DNA of 56,589 nucleotides, filler included, from Jimgerdemannia flammicorona (lineage: Eukaryota): the NCBI GenBank assembly GCA_003990765.1. It is 3 parts of 3 records of this genome, joined end to end, with 100 filler letters (N's around TTAATTAATTAA, not from the genome) between each part and the next. Parts side by side here need not be neighbours in the genome. Positions count along the whole stretch, not along the records: positions 1 to 18,799 come from RBNJ01002113.1; positions 18,900 to 37,695 come from RBNJ01002114.1; 1 more part is not named here. The stretch is one strand, 5' to 3'. A program made the translations under genes and the position numbers. Shown one piece after another: positions 10,959 through 23,829 of this stretch (positions are counted from its first letter, which is position 1; each line of letters begins with the position of its first letter). The notes under the pieces are model-generated. The model was not told the origin of the DNA, did no database searches, and worked only from the letters and a program-made list of their open reading frames with translations.

Positions 10959-13353
10959 ACTTGGTAACAGTGGTTTACAATCCAATTCTGCTTCAAGATG
11001 CTTCCTCACCCTACTACAAACACCTCTGAGAATTCCTATAAGTTGGTATAAAGCCCAATCTCTGAACTGGAATTTATCCTGAACCATCTGACAATCTGGA
11101 GAAAATTAAACCTGATGTATAAGGTCCACACCTATAACAAGTGGGACAAACTTTATTTGAAGAAAGAAATACTCTAGTTAAATTAGCAGATAGGTGAAAT
11201 CCTATATACTGAACTCCTTGTACTACACCCAACAAGTCAAAATAAAGAAGGTCTTATAGAAGCCTTCTTTACTCTTCTCAATAAGAGTTTTGTCAGCTCT
11301 ACAAATCTGAGCAACCTAGGACAACTAGCAGCAGTCTTTCTAGCCTTAGTTCCTCACAAAGTCCAAGCCTCTATAGCTAAGTGGCTCAACTCTACTAACT
11401 TTCACTATACCAGGACCAAGACTGCATTATACTACTGATTCCAAAATAGCAAGGCCCACTATATTCTTAAGAAAGAAGTAAGAGAAACTCTTTGTCAATA
11501 ACCTGACCCTAAACAAGAAGCAGGTCTAGCTATAGCTCTACCTGAACCTGAAACTAATACTAAACCAGAACTTGACTTTGAATTAAGTCTATCTGAAATC
11601 AGATATACAACTGACTCTGTCTACTTCAATGCTGAGCAAACCCAACTACATGGAGACCAAGCTGAAGAGGAGGAGGAGTATCTCAGTGAATTCAATCCCA
11701 GATATACTACTGAAGAAGACATACCTCCATCAGGACAGAATACACCTACACAGCAACAAACAGCTATTTATTGAGCCCTTACTCCAGACCCACAACTACT
11801 ACTCCAGCAACTTACACAGACTCAAAGAACACTCTCACATTCTGTATTAGTACCTCAAGTAGTATCAGTAACATCACTATCAGTAGTCCAACTGCCTCCA
11901 GTAAACAATATAGCAAACCAACAGATTCTAGACCTTATAGTCCAGATAGCAATAATGGTAGCAACCATTACTGCCTTAACTAAACAGATCTGATCTACCA
12001 AAAATATGAGCCAACCCACCTTCAATGGTACTATACAAGAAGTCCAAAGCTTTATTAGTATAGTTGACACCAACTTTGAAGCCAATCAATGGACCAATGA
12101 GTGAGTTGCTGAATACCTTCTGACAAACAATCAAGACCACACTCTGGAACAACTCTTTGCTACTACTACAGTCTATGTCTGTTGAGTTGTTACATTCTTC
12201 CAAGGACCTGCTGAAGAATAGTGATGAATCCTTCCTAAAAAACCCCTCACATGGGACACCAAACCTACAGTTATTGCCCAGAATGCAGCAAATAATACCC
12301 TAGGATATGGAGCCCATCCTGCAGCCCCTGGACTCAAACAACTCATAATTGCTCAATACCACAGTGAAACCATGATTGCCAAATCTCAAGTTAATCTCTG
12401 CAATCTCAAATTTGATGTATATGGCAAGGAGGAATTTGAAACCTTCTGTACAAAACTCAAGTCACTTCTGAACACTGTTGGCCTAGGATATATTGCCAAT
12501 GATGAAGCATGAAATAGTACAAGAGCAGACCATCTATTCGATGCACTATCTGAATAACTTACAAGAAAAATCCAAGAACAAGGATGCCTGGTTGGTTGTA
12601 ATTACCAACAATGGTGCCTGGTAAGAATCAAGACTATGGTTAAGTGAATCCTAATAGCTGAACCAATTCTGCTCTAAAGACAATTCAATAATAAGGAAAA
12701 GACTTGGACCAAGAAAGAAGAACTCAAGCATGAAGCATCCCAAGCTCCCTCTATATCCACCTCATAGATACCCAGAAATCATAAATTCACCCAGCTGAGT
12801 ACCTTTAAGAAACTCACCAAAGGAGAAAAAAATGAACTTTGAAGAAGCAGAGCATACTGCTATTGCCAAAAGATAGGATACATAGCCAGTGTCTGCCTTA
12901 ACTAAAAACTCTGAACAGCAATATGAGTAACTGTTACTACTCTGTACTACCTCAATAACCTGACTACCAGAATACTGGACTTTATTAAGTTAAGGCAAAC
13001 TACCAAGGCCCCAACTAAAGGAAGTCAAAAGGCAGCTAGATATGACCTGTATATAGTGGAAGAAGCTATAGTTTCCAACCAAGAAGTCAAGCAAGTTTAC
13101 ACAGAAATCAGTATCCAAATCCCTAAAGGACATGTTGGAAGAATATGCTATTACAGTAGCCTAATATTGAAAGGACTCTCAGTAGAAGGAGGAGTCATTG
13201 ACAAAGATTATATAGGGGAAATTATTATCCTCATCTGAAACTACAGTTGGATACTCTTCAAGATCTCCATTGATTTTTACATTGCCCAAATCCTATTTGA
13301 GAAAATTGAGTCAACCCTGATAGTCAAGGAAGTCCCTGAACTACTACCCACTA
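10959..13353 (+). pseudogene. Element A internal region: gag with zinc knuckle plus dUTPase, truncated
   Basis: Colinear with 21200-23593. dUTPase motifs (AARYDL, SSLILKGLSVEGGVIDKDYIGEI). Homology stops abruptly at 13353. Confidence 0.9.
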
Positions 13354-13547
13354 TGTAATATTTTAGCATAGTTTACTTCTTTTCTTTATCTTTCTTCAAT
13401 ATTCTATAACCTTCCAGTACTTTTCAAATACTTAGAAATCCTCTCTTGGTACCAAGCATCCACTAGTACTTATTTAGCTAGTCACTGAATGTCTTGGAAA
13501 CTTGTAGAACTTTATTTGTCATCATTTGTCATCTTTGCCAAGAACTT

Positions 13548-13552
<5 letters not shown>
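13354..13552. other. Unrelated insert starting TGTAA, possibly the end of another LTR
   Basis: Begins with TGTAATA exactly where homology to family B breaks and is cut by a LINE tail. No partner in the window. Confidence 0.35.
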
Positions 13553-13587
<35 letters not shown>

Positions 13588-13711
13588 GTCACTTGGACTC
13601 CGCCTTTATTACCGATCTATGAATAAGTATACATCATCACCACCCACTACCCAATCCCCATAGGGGGGCCCCTTCCCACCTCCTCATGAATAAAAATCAC
13701 TCTTTCACCAA

Positions 13712-16700
13712 CTACTCCAACTCTCCCCCACTCTGTCCACAAATTTTCTCCACTAAACAGTACCTCTGACCACCCTGCAGCCCCCAACCAAGCCACCAGC
13801 CTGTTAAGGTGTCTTCCATAAGCCTATGCCACCACAACAACCGGTCCCCCAAGCCCTGTCTCCTCCTATCCTCAAAAACAAATAGCCAGTGACTGGCCAG
13901 CCCCACTCAGATAGCCAAAGCCCAGCCCAAAGTATGCTACTCCTTCCCTATCTCCCCTACCAATCTATCCCTCAAGTTCTCCCACCTCCCCCATACTTCA
14001 TCTCCCCTATGCTGTACCCCCAAGTGTTCTCCAATTGCCTGCCAAAAATCCCCCAACATCTCACACTCTCCTAGCCAATGTTCAGGTATCTGTACATAAC
14101 CCCCCTCCTGCCCTACATTATGGCACTCCTTACAGTCGAAGCAACCCCCTATGATAAGGTGCCCCAAGCAAAAGTTGAGCATTATATTCCTCCGCAGCAT
14201 GTGCCACTAGACCACCCAGTACTTTGGTGGTATCCACTTTCTCACTGTGGCACTCCAGGTCCAAACACCATGCTAGTTCCACTCTTCGCCAATTCCAACT
14301 CCTTGCCAACTGCTAGGCCACAGATCCTGGCCCGGTCCCCTTTGGCATTCCATTCCATCACCAATGTCAAACTCAATTAAAGGAGCGCCACCCAGCAGTA
14401 TACAATCCCATCTCCACATCGCTGGGTCCCAAGCCACCTCTCCTTCATTCCCCTGTCAATGAATTCCAATGCAGTGCACCCCCTCTGCTATCCCCCACCA
14501 AAATCTCTTATATTGCAGTTGTTCAGTGTTCTGAAGTCCAACCAATGAGAGGAGATCACCAGTTGAGCCTCTTGGTGATGACCGCCTCTCCCAGATCTTC
14601 TGTAGCAGAGAAACCCAACCACCTCCTCTCAATTCCACTGCCCTCTTTAGCCACCATGCTCTCAAGCAGTGTAACTATTTTGGAAAGTCAACCAGCCCAA
14701 GACCACCTCTCACCACTGGTAGGGACAAGGTCTCCCAACCAATCTGACTCTGCCTGCCAGCCCAAATCCATCCCTTCACTGACTTCATCAATCTCTTCAC
14801 CACCCAGGCTGGGAAGTCCAGATGATACACCAGATACCACAACTTCGGCAGCCAGTAGACATTCAAAATCAAGACCTGCCCTGCCAGAGAAAATTGTCTT
14901 CCCCCCCAACTCTGCAGAGCCTCCTCCCAGATTCCAATCCTCTGCTCCCACCAAAGCCTGGGCAGAACTGACCTATAGACTGACAAATAGATGCCCAAGT
15001 ACTGCACTGCTTCACCGGTGGGGACAATTGTTCCTATAACCTCCCCTCCCATCAGGCCATTACCTAGCACCATTGTTTCACACTTATGCCAATTCAGCTT
15101 AGCTCCAGAGTTCTCCTCATATCACTCCACAGTCTTCTTGAGCTCTTCAACATTGGCAATCAAACCCAAACCAACTACCATGTCATCTGCAAAGGCCCCA
15201 ACTTTCTATCCAATGCCAAAGACAGAGAGCCCTGCTATCCTCCGCCTAATTCTGTCCATAAGGGGTTCCAGGGAAAGAGCATACAAAATGGGGGACAGTG
15301 GGTCCCCCTGGGGCACCCCCCTACCCAAGGAGAATGCTACCCCTCTATGTCCATTACATATGAGTGCAGCCCTACTCTCTTCCAGTAGGCTGACCATTGC
15401 TGACCGGAATTGGGATGGAACCCCCATTCTATCCAAAACTTTCACCAGCCAGACTCTTCGCACCCAGTCGTAAGCCTTCTCCTGGTCCAAGAAGACTAGA
15501 TGCCCATCCAGTCCACAGGCCCTTGCCTCTTCAATAACTCCATATACCAAGGCAGTGCCATCCCTGATGAGCCAACCACCCACAAATCCCCTCTGCTCAA
15601 CACCCATGACTTGCTGGGCCACCTTCCATAGTCTTGCCACCACCACCTTAGTCACCAACTTTCTGTCCATATCTAGCAACATTATCGGCTGCCAGTTCTT
15701 CCAATTCTCCCACCTTCCTTTGTTTTTATAAAGCAGCATCACTAGCCCAAGGTCCTGCTCCCCCACCTACCTCCCTGTCTGTAGAATAAAGTCACACAAT
15801 GCTGTCATCTCTCCCATCACCCCTGGGACTCCAACCATTCGCTTCCAAAAGTCCCAGGGCAGACCATCCTCCCCAGGTGCCATATCTGGTGTTGTCGCAG
15901 CAAGAACCTGGTGGATCTCATCCTCCTGTATAGGCATCACCAGGTCACCTAGCCCCTCGACTTGTGGTGGGTACCAATCCTCCAATGTTCAGTCAATGGT
16001 AGCAACATCTGCCCCCCCCTCCTCCTCACTCCACAATCCACTCTATCGCTCCTTCAGCAATCCAAGAATATTCTGTACACCATGCACCAGTATACCATCT
16101 GAGTCCAACACCCCTTCCCACTATTGCTGTATCTGTCTTGCCCTAAGGGCCCTTGTAAGAAACTTGGAAGGCCTCTCTCCTTCCTCCAGATCCTGCCAGC
16201 AAAACCATGCCGCCAAGCTCTGTACCCTTGCCTCTTCCTCTTCCTGCAGCACCTGTTGTAGTTCCCCAACCTCCATTTTCGCCCTCATTAATCTCCAATC
16301 TTCTTCTCCCTCTAACATTGTCAGCCTCACCCACTCCTCCAGGAGCCTAGTCAATCTAGTAGAAGCCCAACACACTCTTCACCTTCTCTGCTTCCCTGCC
16401 TCCTTGCCAGCCTTACTTCAGTAAATCTTGGCCATCTCCTTCATCCTCATCCACTGAACCCCAACTGAGGCACCTTCCTACCGCCATTTCTCCACTCTCA
16501 GCTGAATGTCCTTAGCCCACTCATCCCACCAGGTCTTGTCATCTAACAAAGAGGAATTGAGGCGCCAATGTCCAGGCCCATCCCCACTTCCCCCAAAGTA
16601 CCCCTGTCCCAAAAACCCCCAGTGATCTGACCATGGACACCATTCCACCTCCAGTGACTTCCAGACATCTAGGCCCCAGCAGCTGGCCATCAAAATCCAG

Positions 16701-17302
16701 TCGATTCTTGTCCCCAGACCCCCTGCCCAATGTGTATAAACCCTCCTATTTCCCCAGCACTCCCTACCAGTATCTACCAGTGTACTTAGTCTTTCTACTT
16801 CCTCCCACGCCACCAGTCCTCCACTCCTGCTCTCAGCACCTCATCCTCCATCTGTTCTATCCAACAGTATGTCCTAAACCATATTGAAATCTCCCCCAAG
16901 CATATCCACCCCAGCCTCTGTAAGGATCCCACTCTCCTGTAAACCTTTCACCCAATCTACTTGCTCACCCTGTACTGCAGGGCAGTAACAGGAGCCAACC
17001 ATAACTAGCTCCAAGCCTGCATGAATCCACTCACCCCAGACCAGTCTCTCCCCTCAGCTCCTCACATTCTGTATCTCCCCTCTGCCTTTCCGAACCAAAA
17101 TCCCAACCTTGCCCTTCCAAATCACCACACCTCCCCATTCCTTCATCTATTCCATCTTATCAGAATCATCCTCACACCTGACATCCTGCAAGAGGAAGAG
17201 ATCAGCCTCCAATTCCTTCATCCAAGTAAAAATGTTCCTATGTCAAGCAGTGCCCCATAACCCATTCACATTTAAAGAAAAAATGTTGGTTGTACTGTTC
17301 AT
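13712..17302 (-). pseudogene. LINE ORF2: AP endonuclease, reverse transcriptase, C-terminal zinc finger
   Basis: MNSTTNIFSLNVNGL, FLQDVR, LGGDFN, TRIDWI, SDH, WRLN, APGEDGLP, DQEKAYD, GVPQGDPLSP, FADD, YLGI, GGLGL, CKEC...EHWLGEC. Stops and frameshifts. Confidence 0.93.
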
Positions 17303-17332
17303 AATGAAATATGTTATGTTGTCAATTGATCT

Positions 17333-18799
17333 CTACTGCTCTATGCTCATCTCCTCCTGCGCTGTGTCCAGATTGTGTTCTGCAGCCACCTCCTCCTCTT
17401 CTGCCCTCTGAGCCTCCAATCCAGCCAGCAGTTCATTCATCTCTCTATCTGCCTTCTCCTTGAACTCCTCTCGGTATTCTAGGCATGCCTCTTGCCAGAG
17501 CTACAGTCCATGATGCTTGTTCCAGCAGTATTCAGCCCTCTCTCCAGCAATGACTACCATCTCTGCCTCTCTCTCCTTATCCACCTCATACCCTTTCTCC
17601 TCCAGGTACACCGCAAGAATTTCCACCTTCAGTGCCTTCATTACTCCATCTCCCTACAGTATTCTTGCCCAATGCTCATCACTCATCACTTACAAGTCCA
17701 CCTCCCCCAACTCTTCTGCCGCTAGGTTATTCATCATCTGGCACATCCAAAGTAAGTTCCCCACCTCCTTCCCCCCCGGAGTCACTGGTCTCCCTCCATC
17801 CAATATTGTGGTGTCAGCTCCTGCACTTGCAGACTCATCCCATACCTCTGGGACATCCACCAGTTCCTCCTCTCTAGCTGCCACCACCTGTCTCCCATAT
17901 GCTACCTCTGGAACTCCAAATTGCACCCTCTGGGTCTCTTGCATTGGCACATCTTCTACCACCCTATTTTGGGAAGCCGGGCCATGCCTAATAAGAGGGG
18001 TAGGAGTAGGGAAGCCCTCTCAGTCCTCCTCCCAAACCTCTAGCATACCATCAGCATATGGGTCATTACTAGACTTCTCCTTCTCCTCTCCTGCCTCCTT
18101 CTTGTCCTTTCCCTCCCCCTCACTGGCCCAGACACTCACTTCAGCTCCCCCTGTGCCCTTCACCTTGCTTGCATCTCCCAGTGGTCTGTTATCCAGCTTG
18201 GCCAGCAGCTCTTTCTGTCTCTTATGCCCCTGAGCCCTTTTCCACTGCTCCTTGGTTACTCGAATCTGTTTTCCATCCACCACCTCCAAGTGCGTCGACT
18301 CCACAAAAGTCTCTTAAGCCTTCGCTCGCCTCTCTACAGTACCACCCAACTCTTCTAGTACTTCCAATAAATCCTCCTCCTCCTTCTCACTTCCCTTCAC
18401 TCTTGTTACCTTACACAAGATCGCTCCCCAGACTATTGCCAAAGGCCAGTCCCTCGCCTTCCTAGTAGCTTCCTTCCCAGCCAGCCGAATCCTCACATCC
18501 ATGTCACCAGTCCTGAGCGAGGTCCCTTCCCAGACCCTGAATCCAATATCCACCACCTCTCCATATTCTGCCATGAAATCCTCAACTCTCTTTCTCATCT
18601 CCATCACCATCACTGTCAGCACTCCTTTCACCAGCAGTTGGACCACCCTGGGATCCCACTTCAGGCAATGCACCATCGGAACACACACTTCCCCAACCAC
18701 CAATCCAATCTTCAGTGCCTCCTCCAGCAGTGCCGTCTCCTCAAAACCAACCTCCACTCCCTCCAGTCTCTTCAAAAACTTCATAGATACAGCTCTTTT
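17333..18799 (-). pseudogene. LINE ORF1 (RRM-like region and acidic coiled-coil), partial
   Basis: YGEVVDIGFRVWEGTSLRTGDMDVRIRL, homologous to ORF1 at 41204-43064. Lies directly upstream of ORF2. Confidence 0.8.
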
Positions 18800-18899
18800 N
18801 NNNNNNNNNNNNNNNNNNNNNNNNNNNNNNNNNNNNNNNNNNNTTAATTAATTAANNNNNNNNNNNNNNNNNNNNNNNNNNNNNNNNNNNNNNNNNNNN
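18800..18899. other. Assembly gap with artificial TTAATTAATTAA spacer
   Basis: N-run with a stop-rich linker; same as 37696-37795. Confidence 0.97.
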
Positions 18900-19139
18900 C
18901 AATCTAAGCCAGATTGCAATTGAGAATTTATCACGAGCTCAAGAACAACAGTCACAGTATGTTAACCAACACCGCCGAGAAGAAACCTTTGATATTGGAG
19001 AAAAAGTTCTACTGGACATCAGAGGATACCGAGTTGACAACCTCAAGTACAGACCATCCACAAAGCTGAACAGCAAGTTCATTGGACCATTTGAAGTTAT
19101 TGCACAAGTCTCTCCAACCTCCTACAAATTGGTGCTACC
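18900..19139 (+). pseudogene. Integrase C-terminal fragment of another family-B copy, abutted by LTR 19140
   Basis: Near-identical to about 26754-26993 (KLNSKFIGPFEVI). Confidence 0.9.
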
Positions 19140-21199
19140 TGTAAGTGCACAACCTCCAAGCCACCGAAATTACATGTCACCCTCTGAACAAGCCACTGAA
19201 ATCACATGCGACCTCTGAACAAATCTGGAAATCACCTGCTTGATCACGAAGCTGAGTCAAACCAAAGTCACAGTGCACAAAGCTGAGTCAATACAAAGTT
19301 ACAGAACACAAGGTTTATACAAACGGAATCTTACTAATCAGGACCAAATACATATATACCAAGTACCGAGATGCATCAAATCAGAGAACCAACACAAACA
19401 ACAACCATAACTTCTAAATATACAAACATGACCACTGAGATCTACAACCATATCCGCACTGACATTTGGAATACCATTATCAACTGAGCTACACCCCCTC
19501 TGCCCCTCATAAATATCCATAGCCTAGCACCCCTCTACTTTGTGGAAGCCCGATGGAACACTCTGAACATACTTAGCGAGGCCCACCAAATCGGACAAAT
19601 CTCAAGCTACTACCAGATCGGCTGCCTCCTGGAAGATATAGTCGAACACCACTATGACACAGACATTACCCAGATGTCTCAACACCAGAAGCTCATCGCC
19701 CATAAACATCGAGAACTCTTCTACGAGTATAGTACCATTATTTTCTGCCTCCAAGTTACTACTAGCAAAATGGTTGCTACTCTGTCCTATGGCCAAATCG
19801 ATGACATGATACAAGAACTCAACCACAAGTACCTCAAGTATGTCAAAACCACAGACAGAACCTTCCCACACCCCAATGATCAAATCCTACAAATGCCCCA
19901 AGTTGGATATATCATAAAGGACATCTATGATATAATCCACTTCGATGAAGATGAAGCAGAAGACAATGATCCCTCTGATGCCGACATGACCTCTAGCCAA
20001 GGATCACTGCCAACCCTGATCACCCCGCTAACCTTGCTGATGAACTTACAACAGTTCATATATAACTACATATGAGACTTATTGGGACAATGACCACTGG
20101 CACGAATACCAACCCGCATTCACCCCTGATTACTTCAACTACAATGAAGAAACCAGAGAACACAACCTGTACCTTCAGACAACCCTCGAGATTGAACCAA
20201 CCACTTCACCACCCAAGTACGAGCGACAGGAACCACAGCCACCAGCATACTATAACCCTGCCATAACCTATAGAAGGTATGCAGACAGCGAATCCAATGA
20301 AAGCAAAGACAATATACTCCTCCTTCGCCCACTAATACCTTATCCAGCATACAAGACAGACGATGCTATCCTATAGGATGGAGACAAAGTTCCAATGCAC
20401 TATTATCTCAGTGAATAAGGAGAAGTAATCCATGAACCATTATTCCTAGACAACTACTTCATCAGAGATGATGCAATTGATGGTGATGTCATCGAAGACT
20501 ACCCAGACAGCGCCTAAACCTATAAATAGCCTAGCAGTCATAGTATAGTTAGATTAGCCTTATACAATATGACTGTGAACTGACTCAGCAGTCAGACAAT
20601 CTCTTAACATGTCAGATCACACTTGTCCTACGTAACTGTATTCTGACTCAGCAAAGCACTTAGTGCTACATCCATATTTAGCATAGTCCAGATAGCCCCT
20701 CACTAGTATAAATACCCCCTCCCCCAGACCTCAGAATCTCAGACTCAAATACACAAGAACATTCCTGAATACTTCTCCACAATATCCCTTCATACAAATA
20801 CTCCTAGTATAGCAATATCATGAATAGCAAATAAACCTATTCCATAACCCACAAACCACTCTTAAGTAAATCTGCTCCCACTCCTTATTAGGTCCCACTC
20901 CTAACCCTGTCACGAAATTTCCTAATTGGGTACTGTCTGCAGCAATACACCAATTCAACTAAGCTGGTCTTAGTTTCTTAAACTTCCTGAAATACGGAAA
21001 ATCCTGAACATCCAGAACTAGTCTGAAAAAGGATTTTGGTTGAGACATCAATCCAATCTTGAAATCAATAAGCATAGAGGACATACTCTATACGAAATTG
21101 ATCTTGACCATAAGAAAATGGTCTTCCAGAATATCCTGAACCTCCAGAAAACTCTTTCAGAACTACATAAAGGTTGCCCTAAAAAGCAACCCTCTTACA
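19140..21199 (+). repeat. 5' LTR of element B (2060 bp)
   Basis: TGTAAG...CTTACA termini. Matches 27709-27843 plus 34189-36122. TATAAATA box at about 20707. Confidence 0.95.
19428..20517 (+). pseudogene. Uncharacterised ORF inside LTR U3 (5' copy)
   Basis: MTTEIYNHIRTDIW...EARWNTLNILSEAHQIGQISSYYQIG...DDAIDGDVIEDYPDSA*. One 2-bp insertion near 20060 and a few transition-type stops. Confidence 0.75.
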
Positions 21200-21202
21200 A
21201 CT

Positions 21203-21215
21203 TGGTAGCAGCAGT
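21203..21215 (+). promoter_or_regulatory. Primer-binding site, probably tRNA-iMet
   Basis: TGGTAGCAG, 3 nt after the LTR, is complementary to the CUGCUACCA 3' end found in many eukaryotic initiator tRNAs. Confidence 0.75.
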
Positions 21216-21239
21216 TTACAATCCAATTCTGCTTTAAGA

Positions 21240-23154
21240 CGCTTTCTCACCCTGCTATAAACCCCTCTACAAATTCCTACAAGTTGGTATAAAGCCCAAT
21301 CTCTGAACTGAAATTTATCCGAACTGTCTGACAATCTGGAGAGAATTGAACCTGACATATAAGGACAATTTGACCTCCACATCTGCAACAAGTGGGACAA
21401 ACTTCATTCAAAGAAAGAAGTCCTCAGGTTAAACCAGCAAATAGGTGAAACCCTATTCACCAAACTCCTTGTACTATACCCAGCAAGTCAAGATGAAGAA
21501 GGTCTTATTGAAGCCTTCTTTACTCTTCTCAATAAGAGTTTTGTCAGCTCCACAAATCCAAGTGACCTAGGACAACCAGCAGCAGTCTTTCTAGCCTTAG
21601 TTCCTCACAAAGCCCAAGCCTCTGTAGCCAAGTGGCTCAACTCTACCGACTTTCACCACACCAGGACCAAGACTGCCTTATACTACCGATTCCAGAATAG
21701 CAAGGCCCGCCATATCCTTAAGGAAGAAGCAAGAGAAACCCTTCATCAACTACCTGACCCCGAACCTGAAGCAGGCCCTGCTACAGCCCTACCTGAATCT
21801 GAAACCAATACCAAACCTGAACTTGACTTTGAATTAAGTCTGTCTGAAATCAGATATACAACTGATTCTGTCTACTTTAACGCCAAGCAAACCCAATTAT
21901 ACAGGGACCAAACTGAAGAAGAGGAGGAGTATCTCAGTGAATTCAATCCCAGATATACCACTGAAGGAGAAGTACCTCCATCAGGACAGAATACACCTAT
22001 ACAGCAACAAACAGTTACCTATCAAGCCCTCACTCCAGATCCACAACTACTACTCCAGCAACTTACACAGACTCAAAAAACCCCATCACACTCTGCACCA
22101 GTACCTCAAGTAGTACCAGTAACACCACTACCAGCCTCCAGTAAACAACATGGCAAACCAACAGATTCTAGACCTCACAGCCCAGGTAGTCATAATGATA
22201 GCAACTATTACTATCTTAGCTGAACAGACCCGACCTACTAAAAATCTGAGTCTACCTACCTTCAATGGTACTGCATAAGAAGTCCAAAGCTTCATTAGTG
22301 TAGTTGACACCAACTTCGAAGCCAATTAATGGACTAATGAGCGAGTTGCTGACTGCGTTCTGATAAACAATCAAGACCACACCCTGGAACAACTCTTTGC
22401 TACCACTACAGCCTATATTTGCTGAGTTGTTACATTCTTCCGAGGACCTGCCAAAGAATGGTGGCGAACCCTTCCTGAAAAACCCCTTACATGGGATACC
22501 CGACCTGCAGTAGTTGCCCAGAATGCAGCAAACAATGCCCCAGGATATGGAGCCCATCCTGCAGCCCCTGGACTCAAACAACTCATGATTGCCCAATACC
22601 ACAGTAAAACCATGATTGCTGAATCTCAAGTAAAACTCCGCAACCTCAAATTTGATGTATATGACAAAGAAGAATTCAAAACCTTCTATACAAAACTCGA
22701 GTCACTCCTGAACACTGTTGGCCTAGGATACATCGCCAATGATGAAGCACGAAATGGTACAAGAGCAGACCATTTATTCGATGCACTGCCTGAATGGCTT
22801 ACTAGAAAAATCCAAGAACAAGGCTGCCCAGTTGGTTGTGACCACCAACAATGGTGCCTGGCGAGAATCAAGACCATGGTCAAGCGAATCCTAATAGCTG
22901 GACCCATTCTGCCCCAAAGGCAATTTAACAACAAGGAAAAGACTTGGACCAGGAAAGAAGAACCCAAGCATGAAGCATCCCGAGCTCCCTCCACATCTAC
23001 CTCTTGGACACCCAGAAATTCTAAACCCACCCAGCCCAGTACCTTCAAGAAACTTACTAAAGATGAAAGGAATGAACTTCGAAGAAGCAGAGCATGCTTC
23101 TATTGCCGAAAGACAGGATATATGGCCAGTGCCTACCCTAACCGAAAACCCTGA
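21240..23154 (+). pseudogene. gag of element B
   Basis: Capsid-like region and a degenerate CCHC knuckle (CFYCRKTGYMASAYP). Start approximate. Confidence 0.8.
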
Positions 23155-23199
23155 ACAGCAATATGAGCAACTGTTACCGCTCTTCACCACCTCAACAAC

Positions 23200-23625
23200 C
23201 TGACCACCAGAACACTGGACTTTATTAAGTTAAGACAAACTGCTAAGGCTCCAACCAAAGGAAGTCAAAAAGCTGCTGGATATGACCTGTATGCAGCTGA
23301 AGAAGCTACAGTTTCCAACTGAGAAGTCAAACAAGTCTATACAGGAATCAGTATCCAAATCCCTGAAGGACATGTCAGAAGAATATACTGTCGCAGCAGC
23401 CTAGCATTGAAAGGACTCTCAGTAGAAAGAGGAGTCATTGATGAGGATTACACAGGCGAAATTATTGTCCTCATTCAAAACCACAGTTGGACACCCTTCA
23501 AGATCCCTATTGGCTTCTGTATTGTACAGATCCTATTCGAAAAAATCGAGTCAACCCTGACAGTCAAGGAAGTCCCTGAACTACTGCCTACCATCTGAGG
23601 ATCCAAAGGATTTGGCTCATCAAAC
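23200..23625 (+). pseudogene. dUTPase domain of element B, between gag and protease
   Basis: AAGYDLYA, CRSSLALKGL, GVIDEDYTGEI, IVQILF, *GSKGFGSS (trimeric dUTPase motifs 1-5). In frame with gag through CGA>TGA-type stops. Confidence 0.93.
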
Positions 23626-23829
23626 AAGGCCCCAGCCCAATCTATCATGAGCAAAGAAGAACAATTCTACAAGAAGATTGAAGATAGATATGTGCCAAGT
23701 GGCTGATGCCCTCTTGGCATTGGAATGTATGTACTCTTCCTAAATGATTGATGATTGCTTCTCTTGCATCAACGAACTGGCTCAAAGAAGAACCAATAGA
23801 AGGAAAGCTCCTACAACTGAAATTACCAC

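Larger units (their letters stand above)
13553..18799 (-). mobile_element. Non-LTR retrotransposon (L1/Tx1-like LINE) 1; 5' end lost in gap
   Basis: Poly(A) tail (T-run 13553-13584), AATAAA, ORF2 and ORF1 on the minus strand. Confidence 0.93.

Noticed and set aside
14000..18800. Many Ser/Pro-rich plus-strand ORFs (also 38000-43000)
   Set aside because: Antisense shadows of the purine-rich LINE ORFs.
18800..18899. TTAATTAATTAA palindrome inside N-runs (also 37696-37795)
   Set aside because: Artificial scaffold linker; adjacency across these gaps is not guaranteed.
19428..20517. Calling the U3 or post-pol ORFs env genes
   Set aside because: No signal peptide, fusion peptide or transmembrane segment is visible.
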